The notes below the pieces were generated by a model that had not been told where the DNA came from, did no database searches, and saw nothing but the letters and a program-made list of their open reading frames with translations. A stretch of 59,699 nt of DNA, filler included, from Sphacelaria rigidula (lineage: Eukaryota): NCBI GenBank assembly GCA_964200075.2. It is 9 parts of 9 records of this genome, joined end to end, with 100 filler letters (N's around TTAATTAATTAA, not from the genome) between each part and the next. Parts side by side here need not be neighbours in the genome. Positions count along the whole stretch, not along the records: positions 1 to 6,545 come from CAXNAA020019434.1; positions 6,646 to 13,190 come from CAXNAA020019435.1; 7 more parts are not named here. One strand, 5' to 3'. The translations under genes and the position numbers were made by a program. This document shows positions 1 through 10,883 of this stretch, in pieces (the first letter of the stretch is position 1; each line of letters begins with the position of its first letter).

Positions 1-19
1 CCCTCCCCCCCCACCCCCA

Positions 20-150
20 AATCTACGGCTCTCCGTCTCGAAAGGGGTGTGTGGTCAATGGCCAAACGACTAAGGCAAGCAACAATTGAGTACGCTTCCC
101 CCCCCCAATCTACCCCGCAAGAGGCCAGTTGGACGTTCCCCAAATGCCGC
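20..150 (+). repeat. Interspersed repeat family R1 (core GGTCAAACGACTAAGGCAAGCAACAAATGAGTACGC); other copies 26413-26479 (-) and 56548-56600 (-)
   Basis: Near-identical ~50-bp core in three different contigs; full extent and class unknown. Confidence 0.8.
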
Positions 151-2107
151 AGTCTGTGCCTACTCAAATAACAAGTGCAAGTTCCGTGAGTGAATATTTG
201 TGTCTGTGGCAGCACTTTGTCTCTCAACAACGCAGTGTTACGCCGATAGAAAAAAAAAAATCCGAACCAGCCCGCATACAAGAATCATCGTACACGGAAT
301 GAGCTAGCACCAGCTGCAAAGTAGTCGCATGTCGCACGGGTGGCCAACCCTACACGAAAGAGCACATGTCCAACAGGCGGTACCGGTGGAAAGCTTTGTT
401 TAAGGCGGAGTGTCGCTGCCAGTTTTCGGGTGAGAATATGATTAGTTCCTGAGTTGACCGGTCTAAACGGTGTTGATCTGTATGGGTTCCTCGTGGCCGC
501 AATGTCACGTCATGATACGCACACTGGTGACTGCCAATCTAGGTGTTGGAAGGCTGCCGGTGTGCATGGGGTAGTCTATGGCGCATAGAATCCATTTGAC
601 AAAAAACTGTCTCGGTTCGTGTGTGGGGCATCACACAAGAGGCGATTGACTGCAAGCATGTCTGATGGTAGACGGGGGCTGCAAACGGCATATAAAATCC
701 AGCATAAAGGTTCATGATTCACCGCACAGCCCTGTCATGATATGTGCTGTAGTTGAATGTTACAGTATCGCAGAATGTACCGCAAAATAGTACACGCCGT
801 GTGCATGGTCCAGTACGGCATGTTATGGGATGGCGACACACAGGTCACTGTTGCGTGCTGGGCTGTGCTGTTGTGTCGGTACTCGAGTGTCATGTGGTGT
901 ACTGCCATCTGATATACTGAAATGTGAACTGCACGTCCGGTGCGGTGCAATTTTGTGCGGCAGACAGTACACAACACGATTTGCTGTGGAGCGGTGTGCC
1001 ATCGTCTGCGGCACTCGGTTGTATGGTAATGTGCTGTCCTGTACTGATGAGGGTGGTCCGCGATCACGAGCGGGGTCGTGTGCGATGTCAACAGAGAACA
1101 CGCTGTATCGTGCTGCCCGACAGCGTTGGGTGCAGCACTTGACTGTAAATCCCCTCCGGTGATATGTACTGAAAACGATCGCGAACCGTACGCTACGGTG
1201 CTACCCTCTCTTCTTCTGTAGGGCACCGGACTGCTTTCTACTTCGCGCACCGTTCTGTCAAGTGGCGTGCACGATCCACTATCATGTACTGTTCGGTATC
1301 ACCATGTGCACTTGTATCCTGTACTGTACTGTATTGTGATTTCCATTACAACAGTGCTGTCCTGTAGTGTACGATATGGCTGGGTTCCGTCACAAGGTAC
1401 TCCTGTGTATTGGCCATTGCCGTGGTGAACCCACCGGTAGACGGCCCCGACTGTTGGCAGCTTTATAGCACCTTCTCACCCGCTGGCGTTCGCAAGTTAC
1501 CTCCAGGTTTGTCAACATGAACACGCCCTGCGAGGAACCTCGCCGCAGAGGGCAGCGGTCACCCAAAGACGAGGTACATGGCGCTGCCACTCCGGTGAGA
1601 GACGCCCCCCTCTTGACATGCACAAGATACCTTTCATGGTCTGTCGCCGCGTCCGATATTGTGTCGAAAAGGGGGCACACTGTAGTCGCTACGGTATTCC
1701 CTCCAACATCATGGCCTCCTACCTAATGTATGGACAACTGTACAGTAGTGGGCGCCTGAAGTGTTGAGGGTTATTTGTGGTTTTATAGCATGGTCCTCTT
1801 CGATATAACCGTAGAGTGCTAGCGTCGGTATGTCATAATAAATGTAACAGATCGTCCTCAAAACACAGTACCCAAAATGAACAGCGTTTTCGTGAGATTG
1901 AAAGTGGAGGATGCGATTGAAAATGATAAGCGGTAAATTGCGGAATGAACAGGCTCAGTTCCGAAATGCCCCTCCACGAGACCCGATATGCTACCTGCAG
2001 TGTATTGCCACTGAAGACCTTGATATCCTTGAGTATGGTGTCGGTGTGTAGCTGTAAGCGCACGCCAGTGTTACAGGGTAGGAAAAGCACACACAGAATA
2101 AGGATTG

Positions 2108-2647
2108 CAAGGGTAGGTCGAGTAGAGTATGTACTTTTGAGTACTCGAGTAAAATACTCAAGCATTTACTCTAGTCAATGTTTGAGTGGGTCAAATACGG
2201 CCTCAAATACTCTCCTCAAATTTTGAGTAGGTCGAGTACGACCTCAAATACTTTACTCGAATATTGCGTAAGCACTCTCAGTAATAATCGAGTATATATT
2301 ATCACTTGAGTATGACCTCAACACTCTACTCAAGTTTTGAGTAGGTTGAGTATGGTCTCAAATACTCTACTCAAGTTTTGAGTAGGTTGAGTCGGGCCTC
2401 CGATACTGTACTCAAACTTTGAGTAGATCAAGCACGACCCCAAATACCCTACTTAAATTTTGAGGAAGCACTCTCAGTAATACTTAAGTGTAGAGTATCA
2501 CTTGAGTATAACCTTAATACTCTACTAAAATTTCGAGTAGAGTAGACTGAGTATGACCTCAAGTACTCTACTCGAATAATTGAGTAGTAAAAGTATGACT
2601 CTTCAAAAATACTGAGTATTGAGCATACTCCACTCGACCCACCCTTG
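2108..2647. mobile_element. 540-bp MITE, hAT- or P-like, with internal ~41-bp palindromic tandem units
   Basis: TIR CAAGGGTAGGTCGAGTAGAGTATG vs reverse complement of right end CAAGGGTGGGTCGAGTGGAGTATG; perfect 8-bp TSD AAGGATTG at 2100-2107 and 2648-2655. Confidence 0.9.
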
Positions 2648-4808
2648 AAGGATTGGGTCAAGTTGAGGCGAATTATCAAACCCACTCACAATCGACGCTC
2701 TACTCTCGAAGTAACGTCAACATTGCTCCTTGTGTGGTATGGTGTAATCGGGCGATGCGAGTTGAAACCTCGTCACTCTGGAGGGTGTTACTGACCGTGA
2801 AACACAGCTGTTCGGCTGTGGTGCGATGAGTACGTACAAGTTCAAAGCAACAAACCCGTACATCGCTTCATAACTTGATTCTCAAATACGATTGGAACAG
2901 GCTCGATCGACCGAAAATACCGCAGGGTCAAAATGGTCAACATGTCGGCTGCAAGGTGGCAAACCCCTTATCATCGGCCAGCCCGTATGTCACTGACCGC
3001 GAGGTGATACTGAGGTGTAGTCATGAGGATCATGTGCTGCGCAGAGGAATCATTTGCTGTACTTGTGTCTTGATGTCAGTATTGTGTATGTAGCAATGCT
3101 GCGTTGAATTACTCCCCAGATATTGGCTCGTGGCAGCAGACGAGGTTTCGTTGATGTGGGTAGGGATTATCCACGCCTCGGTAGCGCTCACACCTGAAAC
3201 AAAATGAGTATCCACGCATCGGTGGCGCTCGAGCCGTGAAACACCCTCGTGCTTGCTTCTGGAACTGTGATGTCGGCCAACCGATGTCCGGAGAGTGTAC
3301 CTTGACGCAAGCACAAACGAAGTTGTGTACACTTGCTTTTTTTTACCGTTCTGCGTCAATTGACGGCCTAAAAGAGAGGAAGGCGAAGTTCGACACGTAG
3401 ATTTACAAGCTCTGCTCCTGCACGCGGTTTCACGATGTCTTGGGGCGTAGAGCGGTTGCCCTTTTTTTTGTGCACAAACATGCACTCTTGTTGGAGGATG
3501 ATCACGAAAATTCGCATGTAGAAAATATCGCAATTCTTTTTGGTATACTTGACCGTCTCTGCACAAGGCAGCTGGTTTGGAAAAAAGCAACTGCTGGCAC
3601 TGGGGGATGCTTCTGTGTCGTAAAACTCCAACAGCAGTCGAGGGTCTCATTCGAACTTGTAAACTCCGCCTCTCTTTTGACCATGTCAGTATCCTCCTCT
3701 TATGTGACATCCGTAATGCAGAGTTTAAAGACGAGACAACACTCGTTCCATCGTTCGACTGCATTGTCCCATGCTTGCCGTCAGTCGTGCCTTTCCCGTC
3801 AGGTGACCGCAGGGATGGGCGCCGAGGGGCGTCGCGGATGATGTACATAAGCTCGAAATGGCGCCAGGCGGGGTACTATGTTCCTCCCCAACTATGTAGA
3901 GCGAATTGGACACCCGTGTTTGAAGTGGTGGTTAGGGTACTGGATGTAGATTTCTTCGACTTTTGTGACGGTGTCGGTGACCAACGGTTTACTGTGTGCC
4001 CTTCGCCGTGCGATTATGCGGTCGCAGGCGCATGCCATAGCTCGCTATCGATCGACGCCGGAGCGGAATCCGTCAGGCGCCGCCACTTGGAATTTAGATC
4101 GCAGTTGTTTTTGTCATGGCTACGGTTTGAGGGCTATGTGGAGATAAGTTGGGGAGTCAGGTCATCACTGGCGACGGTCAAGGTGGCACATAGGGTTGAC
4201 TTCGTCAGCAAGTGCTCTGTAGGAACTTCGTCTTCATTCATGATGCCTACAAAGGGAAAAAATAATAAATATTTTCACTGGCAAATCCCCTTTCGAACCA
4301 CCGCTGACGTCATCGGAGCGCGCCTCCATGCTCCGGCAAAGGACCGGACTGGAATGTTCGACGTAGGTGGGGGCGTGCGGCTTAGCATGCCAAAATAGTT
4401 CCCCGCTTTCCGCGTATATGCACTTTCCACGTATATGCCAGGGACCACCATGTTCACAGATATCTGTGTGCCTCAATATTGTAGGCGGGCGATGCTCTTG
4501 CTCATATTCGTCTCCCACACATGAGTTGCAGCATTATTAGTGTGAGTCTTCTTCCAGGATAAATTGTATGGGCGGGGATACCGCAGCACCTGGCGGTGAG
4601 CGTTGGCTACACCGGAGCTAGCGTTCGTGACTTGTAACATATCCCGAGATAGGATCTGCTTCTCTGGTTCTTCGAGGCGCTTAATATTTGAAGCAAAGGC
4701 CCGGATCCAATGGGGGAGCCGAAACCACCGGCGAGCTTGCGAAACATGTTAAACAAAAACGTACCGTCGTGAACCTCGTGTCAGCCGACAAAATATTCCC
4801 AGACACCA

Positions 4809-5424
4809 CAGGGGGCAGCGTAAAACCAAACTCGGGACACGTGGGCCCCAAGACCGAAAAAAGTACTTTTTTAGGGGGGAGGGGGCACCCAGTCGCCCGT
4901 ACCGTGGTTTATTGCCGAAGCGCTGGCAGATGCGGTCAGCTGCCGTGGACAGAGACCCTTGGCATGGACACCTTATGCTATTGGGACAGCAGGCAAGGAG
5001 CAGAAGCAAGAATATAAACCCCGCAGAGCCCACCAGACTTTTCGGGTTTGGCCAGTATTTATTGATCAATTTGTTGCAACAAAATTAGCGGGGGGAAGAA
5101 AAATCGACATGTTTTCCGAAAATTATACCTTTGGGCATCTGAGGTCATCGGGACAGAGGTAGCAAGGAGCCGCAGTGCACATATCAACCCCGCAAAGCCC
5201 ACCAAACTTTTCGATTTTGGTTAGCGTTTTTTCATCAATTTCCTGCAAAAAAGTTGACAGAAAAAAATCAAAACAGTCTTCATTAATCAGTTCTCCAGTG
5301 ATCAATTCTTGGCACCAAGTTGACACAAAATAACCCAACATAATGGCAGTTTTCGAAATAGTGTCCTCCTGGGGAGTGGGGGTGGCGGTTACGCGTCCGA
5401 AATTTTTTTCCGCGCTGCCCCCTG
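4809..5424. mobile_element. ~616-bp hAT-like MITE
   Basis: TIR CAGGGGGCAGCG / CGCTGCCCCCTG with further imperfect subterminal match; internal ~90-bp direct repeat (~5016-5107 and ~5185-5272); TSD imperfect (AGACACCA vs GACACACC). Confidence 0.65.
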
Positions 5425-6545
5425 GACACACCCACCGTCAGTGTTGCTCCACATTTCTACCGGTACAACACCTCTGTTTGCATCGAACGATTCTGCGGAT
5501 ACCACTACAAGCGTTCCGCATCAGAGGGCCATGTGCAGAACCTCTACAGTCACGGTGTCATGTTCTCTTGTGCAAATCTCTGGAGCTGTGCCGTGTTGCC
5601 CAGGAAAGCACATATGACGCAAGGACGTCACTGTACGTGGGATATGCGGCGCAACCCCACCTCATGTATCTTGCCACGGTTGACCAGGGTCTTTTCCCCC
5701 ATTTTGTATGCATGTTTGAAAGTGGATTTCTTTACATCAACTGCGTGTCAGTGAGTGAAACTTGGAGCACTACTCGGGCACATCACAAGTAGCATGTTCC
5801 CCGAGTGCCAACGCCAGCGGTGTCTGGGGCACCTGGAAGGACGCGAATTCCGGAATTCTGCAAATCCGGTAAAACGCATTCCACTCGACCGCCCCGCTGC
5901 CCAGAAATGCGTGCATCGTCAGGAAACACATATGTGAAGGTACTCGTCCACTTACTACGACGTAATCTGCACGTGGGGCGCCACTGCGCTGAGAAACGAA
6001 TGTTGATCTAAACTGGAACACCCACTGGATAATGACAATCAGTGCGAAACGTCGGTGCGCATCGCCTGTAGAGGTGCCCAATTGGGGAAACACGGCAGCA
6101 CGCACGCTGTGGGTGCTTCGAGCCGGTGAAACTTCGCCCACATGTCACCATAACCACAGCAAATCACCCCATATCGCTGAATCTGTCGTGGGGCCTTGCA
6201 GCAGCGTGTGCCGATGAGACGAAATATCAGGTTCTGTTCCGAAAAAAATGTTTTTTTTTCCATCGGCGTAACACTGCAACGGTGAGGCTGTACACGTCCG
6301 CAAAATGCACGTTTGTGCACGTAAGACGCAACCCTTCAGGTCAGGTCGAGAATACCTTCGGTTGTTGAATGAATATCACGCCACAACGCCCACCTATCCG
6401 ACTCCGGCCCTATGGGATCCTCGCAGCAGCATGGTTTACCATCCCTGGCCAACATCCCCAGTATCCAAAGACCCCCCACCACCACCCATGAGGCAGTGTA
6501 TAAGCCATGGCTGTCTCTGGAAGTGGCGATACCAGATAAAAAAGC

Positions 6546-6645
6546 NNNNNNNNNNNNNNNNNNNNNNNNNNNNNNNNNNNNNNNNNNNNTTAATTAATTA
6601 ANNNNNNNNNNNNNNNNNNNNNNNNNNNNNNNNNNNNNNNNNNNN
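6546..6645. other. Artificial contig spacer (44 N + TTAATTAATTAA six-frame stop linker + 44 N); identical spacers at 13191-13290, 19836-19935, 26480-26579, 33124-33223, 39768-39867, 46412-46511, 53056-53155
   Basis: Eight identical 100-bp blocks spaced 6645/6644 bp apart; the palindromic linker has TAA in all frames. Confidence 0.98.
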
Positions 6646-7009
6646 CCCCCCCCCCCTCTACTTACATGGGGGATCAATTGTCTCACGACTACGGTATGCA
6701 ATGTCAGGAGTACAACCCCCATCTATCTCGTTTCATCCGTTTTGCAGGTTGTACTTTCCTCCATACATGTTGATGCTACGGATCACACGCAGCGTCGTGC
6801 GCGTCAATGATCCCCCCCCTTCTCTCCCCTAGCCCCGTTTCCCGTTTGCAAAATATGTGTGTATCCGCGGGCAAGAGTCCGGATCCAAGTTTTCAGAGTT
6901 GGTGTGAAATCTTCCAAGCTCAAGTTAGTGGTAAACGTCACGCTAGAGTCTCCATTACACGTGGGACGCCGTTTGCTCTACCGAGTCGACAGATATTGGG
7001 AGAAGAAAC

Positions 7010-7400
7010 GGGTCGTGCTCAGGACACAATCCGCAAGTTGGTGTTGTGGGGACGTTATGGAGTAAATACGTGGTTCATCAGGAGGGTATTTTCGACCAGC
7101 GAAATGAATAGGTAAAGTGTTTGGATTTTGTTTCCGTCATCTGTTAACGATAACGATCGGGATTGGTGTAATCGAGCAAACATGCCGAAGAATCAAAAGC
7201 CGGGGCTGTGTAGTCCCAGGACCCTCGAGAACCGGTCACCCCTGTAAGTCCTTTAATGTGGAATGCAGAAACAGGTTTATTTTCGGAATGTAGAGCAGAC
7301 TCTAGTATTTCCTCATCTCCACTTTTTGGGATCAAGCTTCCCCTCTGATGAGCGGTGGGACGCAAAAAGTGGCCCAGTTTACAACATTACTAAATCCGCC
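7010..7400 (+). repeat. Diverged repeat related to 35575-36320
   Basis: Shared collinear motifs CAAGTTGGTGTT-TGGGG...ATCAGGAGGGT...CAGGACCC...CGGTCAC-CC-GTAAGTC...TGATGA-CGGTGG. Confidence 0.65.
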
Positions 7401-7605
7401 CGATTTGCTCGTGGACCAGTGTATCAATATCTCGAGCAGATGTCAACACCTTGTTACTACAATGTGTATGCCCTCTGCTCGTGTCTGCATATTTATTACC
7501 ACGCGGGAGCAAGGGGGGAGGAGGCGAATGAAGTCAAGCTATTGTGCAGTATAGTACGATATAGCTTGCGGGAGAAGTGCATAACTACATGGGTTATACT
7601 CAACG

Positions 7606-7780
7606 GCCGGTCGCCTCGGTGGCTCAGCTGGTAACCTCGAAGCCTGCTGAAGGTTGGGTCGTGGGTTCGATACTCGCTGAAGTCACGCGATGTGGGATTT
7701 TTCGCATACCATGTCCAACAGCGGAGAGCGACTATGTCGTGAGTACACAGGATTCGATTTCACGGTCGACGAGGAAAAGA
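7606..7780 (+). mobile_element. tRNA-derived SINE, 3'-truncated
   Basis: A box TGGCTCAGCTGG, B box GGTTCGATAC; body matches the other copies. Confidence 0.8.
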
Positions 7781-7866
7781 AACGTACTTCCACGACCTTG
7801 CGTTGAGTTAAGCCTCACTCCTCGCTCGCCGCGCACGTCCCTTGCCATATGCGTTACATCTTCCAG

Positions 7867-8034
7867 AGCGGATTTAGAGCGTTCCTAGGAATGGAGCTGC
7901 CGACAGAGTCGACCATCACCGATGCGCGAGATAGGCTTAGGGGCAGTGGCTCCGATCAAGCGGTGTGGGCAACGTCGTTCTGGTACCAGCTACAAGTGCT
8001 CATGGACAGGCAGAGCAAACAGTCCCGTGGGGAG
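7867..8034 (+). CDS. ABCG (White-family) transporter exon, start of the transmembrane domain
   Basis: cag|...|gtgtgt, 168 nt, phase 0; WATSFWYQLQVLMDRQSKQSRGE resembles the W-TSxxxQFxVLxxR motif preceding the ABCG TMD. Confidence 0.85.
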
Positions 8035-8175
8035 GTGTGTATTATACCTCGACTGTGTATGTGTAGCTTCAGGTATGTTCACTGTACTTACATGTATGCT
8101 ACGTAGATGGTATGTAGTGTTTTTCTCCTCCTTCTTCCGCTCGTCAACAAATAGGTGCGCTAGCTACTAACCCTC

Positions 8176-8176
8176 G

Positions 8177-8222
<46 letters not shown>
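8176..8222. repeat. (GTT)15 microsatellite
   Basis: Direct inspection. Confidence 0.95.
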
Positions 8223-8643
8223 CGGGACTTCGACGACTGCCGAAAACGATATCCCACACCTTCTCTACAAATGTCTACAAAAGCTTCGTGTAAGCTAAGA
8301 TGTGAAAACATCCGGTCTGCATCTGCTAGTAGCTCCATGTCGTTCTTACATCTGCAGTTGTCATTGTAATAGTAACATACTGTAGGCTGTTGTCATTGTT
8401 TTTTGCTTTTTTGTAGTTGTGACTGACTACAGCTTATTTGTCATGTCGACCAAAACGACACGTATGTATGAGAAACCGATTTGCTATTGATCATTTTGAA
8501 AAAATGACAACTGGTCAACTGTATCATGAATGGCCACAGTGTACGAATCGCTTAACAAGACGGTACCAGAATCGAATCACACTTCTCCTCGACCACCAAC
8601 GGGACCTCATGCTGTCGTCAATCCCATGGTGGAGCGGATACGG

Positions 8644-8909
8644 CAGGTTATTTTCCACAGTATATCACCCGGGGGCGATGCAGCATTAATAACCCCAACC
8701 CCAGCCCTAACCCTAACCCTAGCCATGACTCTAGAACTATGTTTCGTCTTACCAACCACCGCCGCAAGTGGTATCGTCAGAAGGATCTCGTTAAGGTCAC
8801 TCAGAAATGGTATCGGAAGATCTCGTGACATTACCGGGTCTCGGCTATCGAGATAGTCGAAGTTGGGAGTTATGATCGCCCCGGGTTGATATACTCCGAA
8901 TAACACCTG
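8644..8909. mobile_element. ~266-bp MITE containing CCCTAA repeats
   Basis: Imperfect ~35-bp TIR (CAGGTTATTTTCCACAGTATATCACCCGGGGGCGAT vs rc CAGGTGTTATTCGGAGTATATCAACCCGGGGCGAT); CCCTAACCCTAACCCTA at ~8705-8721; no clean TSD. Confidence 0.65.
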
Positions 8910-10066
8910 TGGGATATTTTCATGTCTTCGCGGATGACGGTAACACAGGTACTCTGGCATTTCCAGGGTTGACAGCCGATGTATCTATTTGGTGGATAAC
9001 CTTGATTGCTTGTCGAACATAATTGCTGAGCAGCTATCGTGTGCGAAAATAGCCGTGCTCACGATCGGGACGTAGCCAATGTCAACAAACATTTACTTTG
9101 AAGCATGGCAATGTGTTGTCCAGAGACCTCGCGAGAAGAACAAACGCTCAATTGATTATCATCTAAAGGCAGGGTAAACGGAGTGATGGTTAGGTAACCT
9201 GCAAGTGTTTATGCGCTAGAGAAATTTAGTTATATTCGGTGTTTGTCTAATGTGCAAGGTAAACTTTGAATAAATGATATATACAGTACACCGGACATGA
9301 GCGATTCTACACAGAGACTGTGGCCCACGTAGTCCGTCATTGATGTGTATGCCATGTGCCACTCGGACCCCTGTACCTGGAGGATTGTCCATCTCAACAT
9401 CTTCTTGTGTAGCGTACAGTAGTGCTCTGCAGTACCGTGGAGTGATGCTACGCTAGGGATGCACAAATATTTTCTGAGGTTAGAACTGTTAGGAACCCTT
9501 AATATCATGCAAAACACTACTTATGAAAATATGTAAAGGTACGTCAGGATTACTACTCCAATGTGCTGGGGATATCCCGAATGAATTTGCAAACGGGGGT
9601 GCCCTGACCCATATTCTTGTGTACCTCCTAACTTTAGGAGCCCCTGAGCTAGACAATGTTTCGCGAAAAAAGTGTAGCCCTACCGTATCATTGCTCCGTG
9701 TTGCACGTAACAACACTGTGGTACGGTACATGTTGGTATCATATTGATCTACCCCAGTGGAATTGGCTTGATATTAGTGTACTTGACAACAAAGACTATA
9801 TGCTGCCGTATTCACGGTATAGAGTACGGTGGAGAATGATGCACTGTATCTTCAGTAAGTGTAGTATATAGCCGTTTGACCTCCAGGGTGGGTCATCTAG
9901 ATCTTGCGGCATCATTTTTCAGGTAAAAAAATGATGGCCATTCAACAGATGACCCCGCCCTAGGGGCAGAAGGGTCACTAACACAAGAAATATGCTTGCA
10001 TGTGCTGTGTATCCTGGTGCACGAAGTCTTTCACCCTCCCGTCCCCCCGTGGGCAATACCGCGCAG

Positions 10067-10207
10067 GTTTTCAACGTGGTCAGTCTGGGCCAGATAATCA
10101 TGGTCGCCGTGATTGCGTCCGCTATCTGGTGGCAGAGCGACGACGTGAGTGACATCGCCGGTGCGATGTTCTTCATGTCTATCCAGCAGTCATTCAGCGG
10201 TCTCAAC
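10067..10207 (+). CDS. ABCG transporter exon (TM1-TM2)
   Basis: gcag|...|gtgagt, 141 nt, in phase with 7867-8034; VFNVVSLGQIIMVAVIASAIWWQSDDVSDIAGAMFF fits the ABCG pattern Q...LWW...D..G.LFF. Confidence 0.85.
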
Positions 10208-10299
10208 GTGAGTTCATCACATATAACATATATATTCAGTACCAGGTTCCCCTTCGGGAGGTTAGTACGGGCGTCCCGGGGGTGATGCAAATACAACAT

Positions 10300-10655
10300 G
10301 GTTAAGAGAGAGGCTGCTGTATCTCAATGTACAGTAGTGATCGTGGTTGTACGAAACATCGCATGTGTTATCGGATGGTGGCTCCGGATAAGGGTCATCG
10401 ACTTCAGTAATACGGATATGAAGGTTGTACAATTGTTGGACGGCGATAATTTCGACATGTGTGGCATACGCGTAAGGATGCAACATGAGCCCAAGGTAAT
10501 AATGTTGAACGCTACTGTACGTTTGGTCGGGACAACCAGCAGTCCGTATCTGTTCGATATCAGTTCCAGCCGAGATTGAAGCGTGCAGAGCCGCTCCCCC
10601 AGGATTCGGAATTGGATCATGAAGGTGTTCCGACATGTTTTGGATAAGTTGCATT
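10300..10655 (-). pseudogene. OTU-like cysteine protease/deubiquitinase domain fragment (C-terminal part)
   Basis: RMQLIQNMSEH...YLGLM..YATHVEIIAVQQLYNLHIRI...VSYNHDHYCTL matches the OTU pattern Y..M...W/YG...EI.A...YN..I.I...Y...HY..L; catalytic-Cys region absent. Confidence 0.6.
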
Positions 10656-10732
10656 CTAACCCTAACCCTAACCATGGGGATGTTCAAATTCCGATGCGGT
10701 CCTCTAAGCCCGCGATCCTCTCACGCATTGCA
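10656..10732 (+). mobile_element. Right half of the TGT..ACA telomere-repeat MITE (family of 16664-16874)
   Basis: CTAACCCTAACCCTAACCAT...GCGGTCCTCTAAGCCCGCGATCCTCTCACGCATTGCA. Confidence 0.85.
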
Positions 10733-10739
10733 CGGAGTA

Positions 10740-10883
10740 CCGGGAACGTCCACGCTGTTTCCGTCGTCGGATACGATTTTATCGGAGCTAAGCAGATGAT
10801 GGAGACGACCATGCATTTTATTCAAGATGTAATCGTTGATATGATCAATATTATCAGTTGTAGGAGCTAAAATACCCCGTGGG
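10740..10883 (-). pseudogene. Helitron helicase, downstream segment
   Basis: RGILAPTTDNIDHINDYILNKMHG...LLSSD matches the RAILAPxN..V..IN..IL....G....S.D motif. Confidence 0.8.

Noticed and set aside
735..1380. ORFs in the TACTG/GTGCTG-rich region
   Set aside because: Degenerate low-complexity repeat; the translations are compositionally biased and have no motifs
2180..2640. CRISPR-like array of palindromic repeats
   Set aside because: Units are contiguous with no unique spacers, there are no cas genes, and the array is bounded by TIRs and an 8-bp TSD
6590..6601. Regularly spaced TTAATTAATTAA motif as a biological periodic element
   Set aside because: Always centred in 88 N; it is an artificial six-frame stop linker
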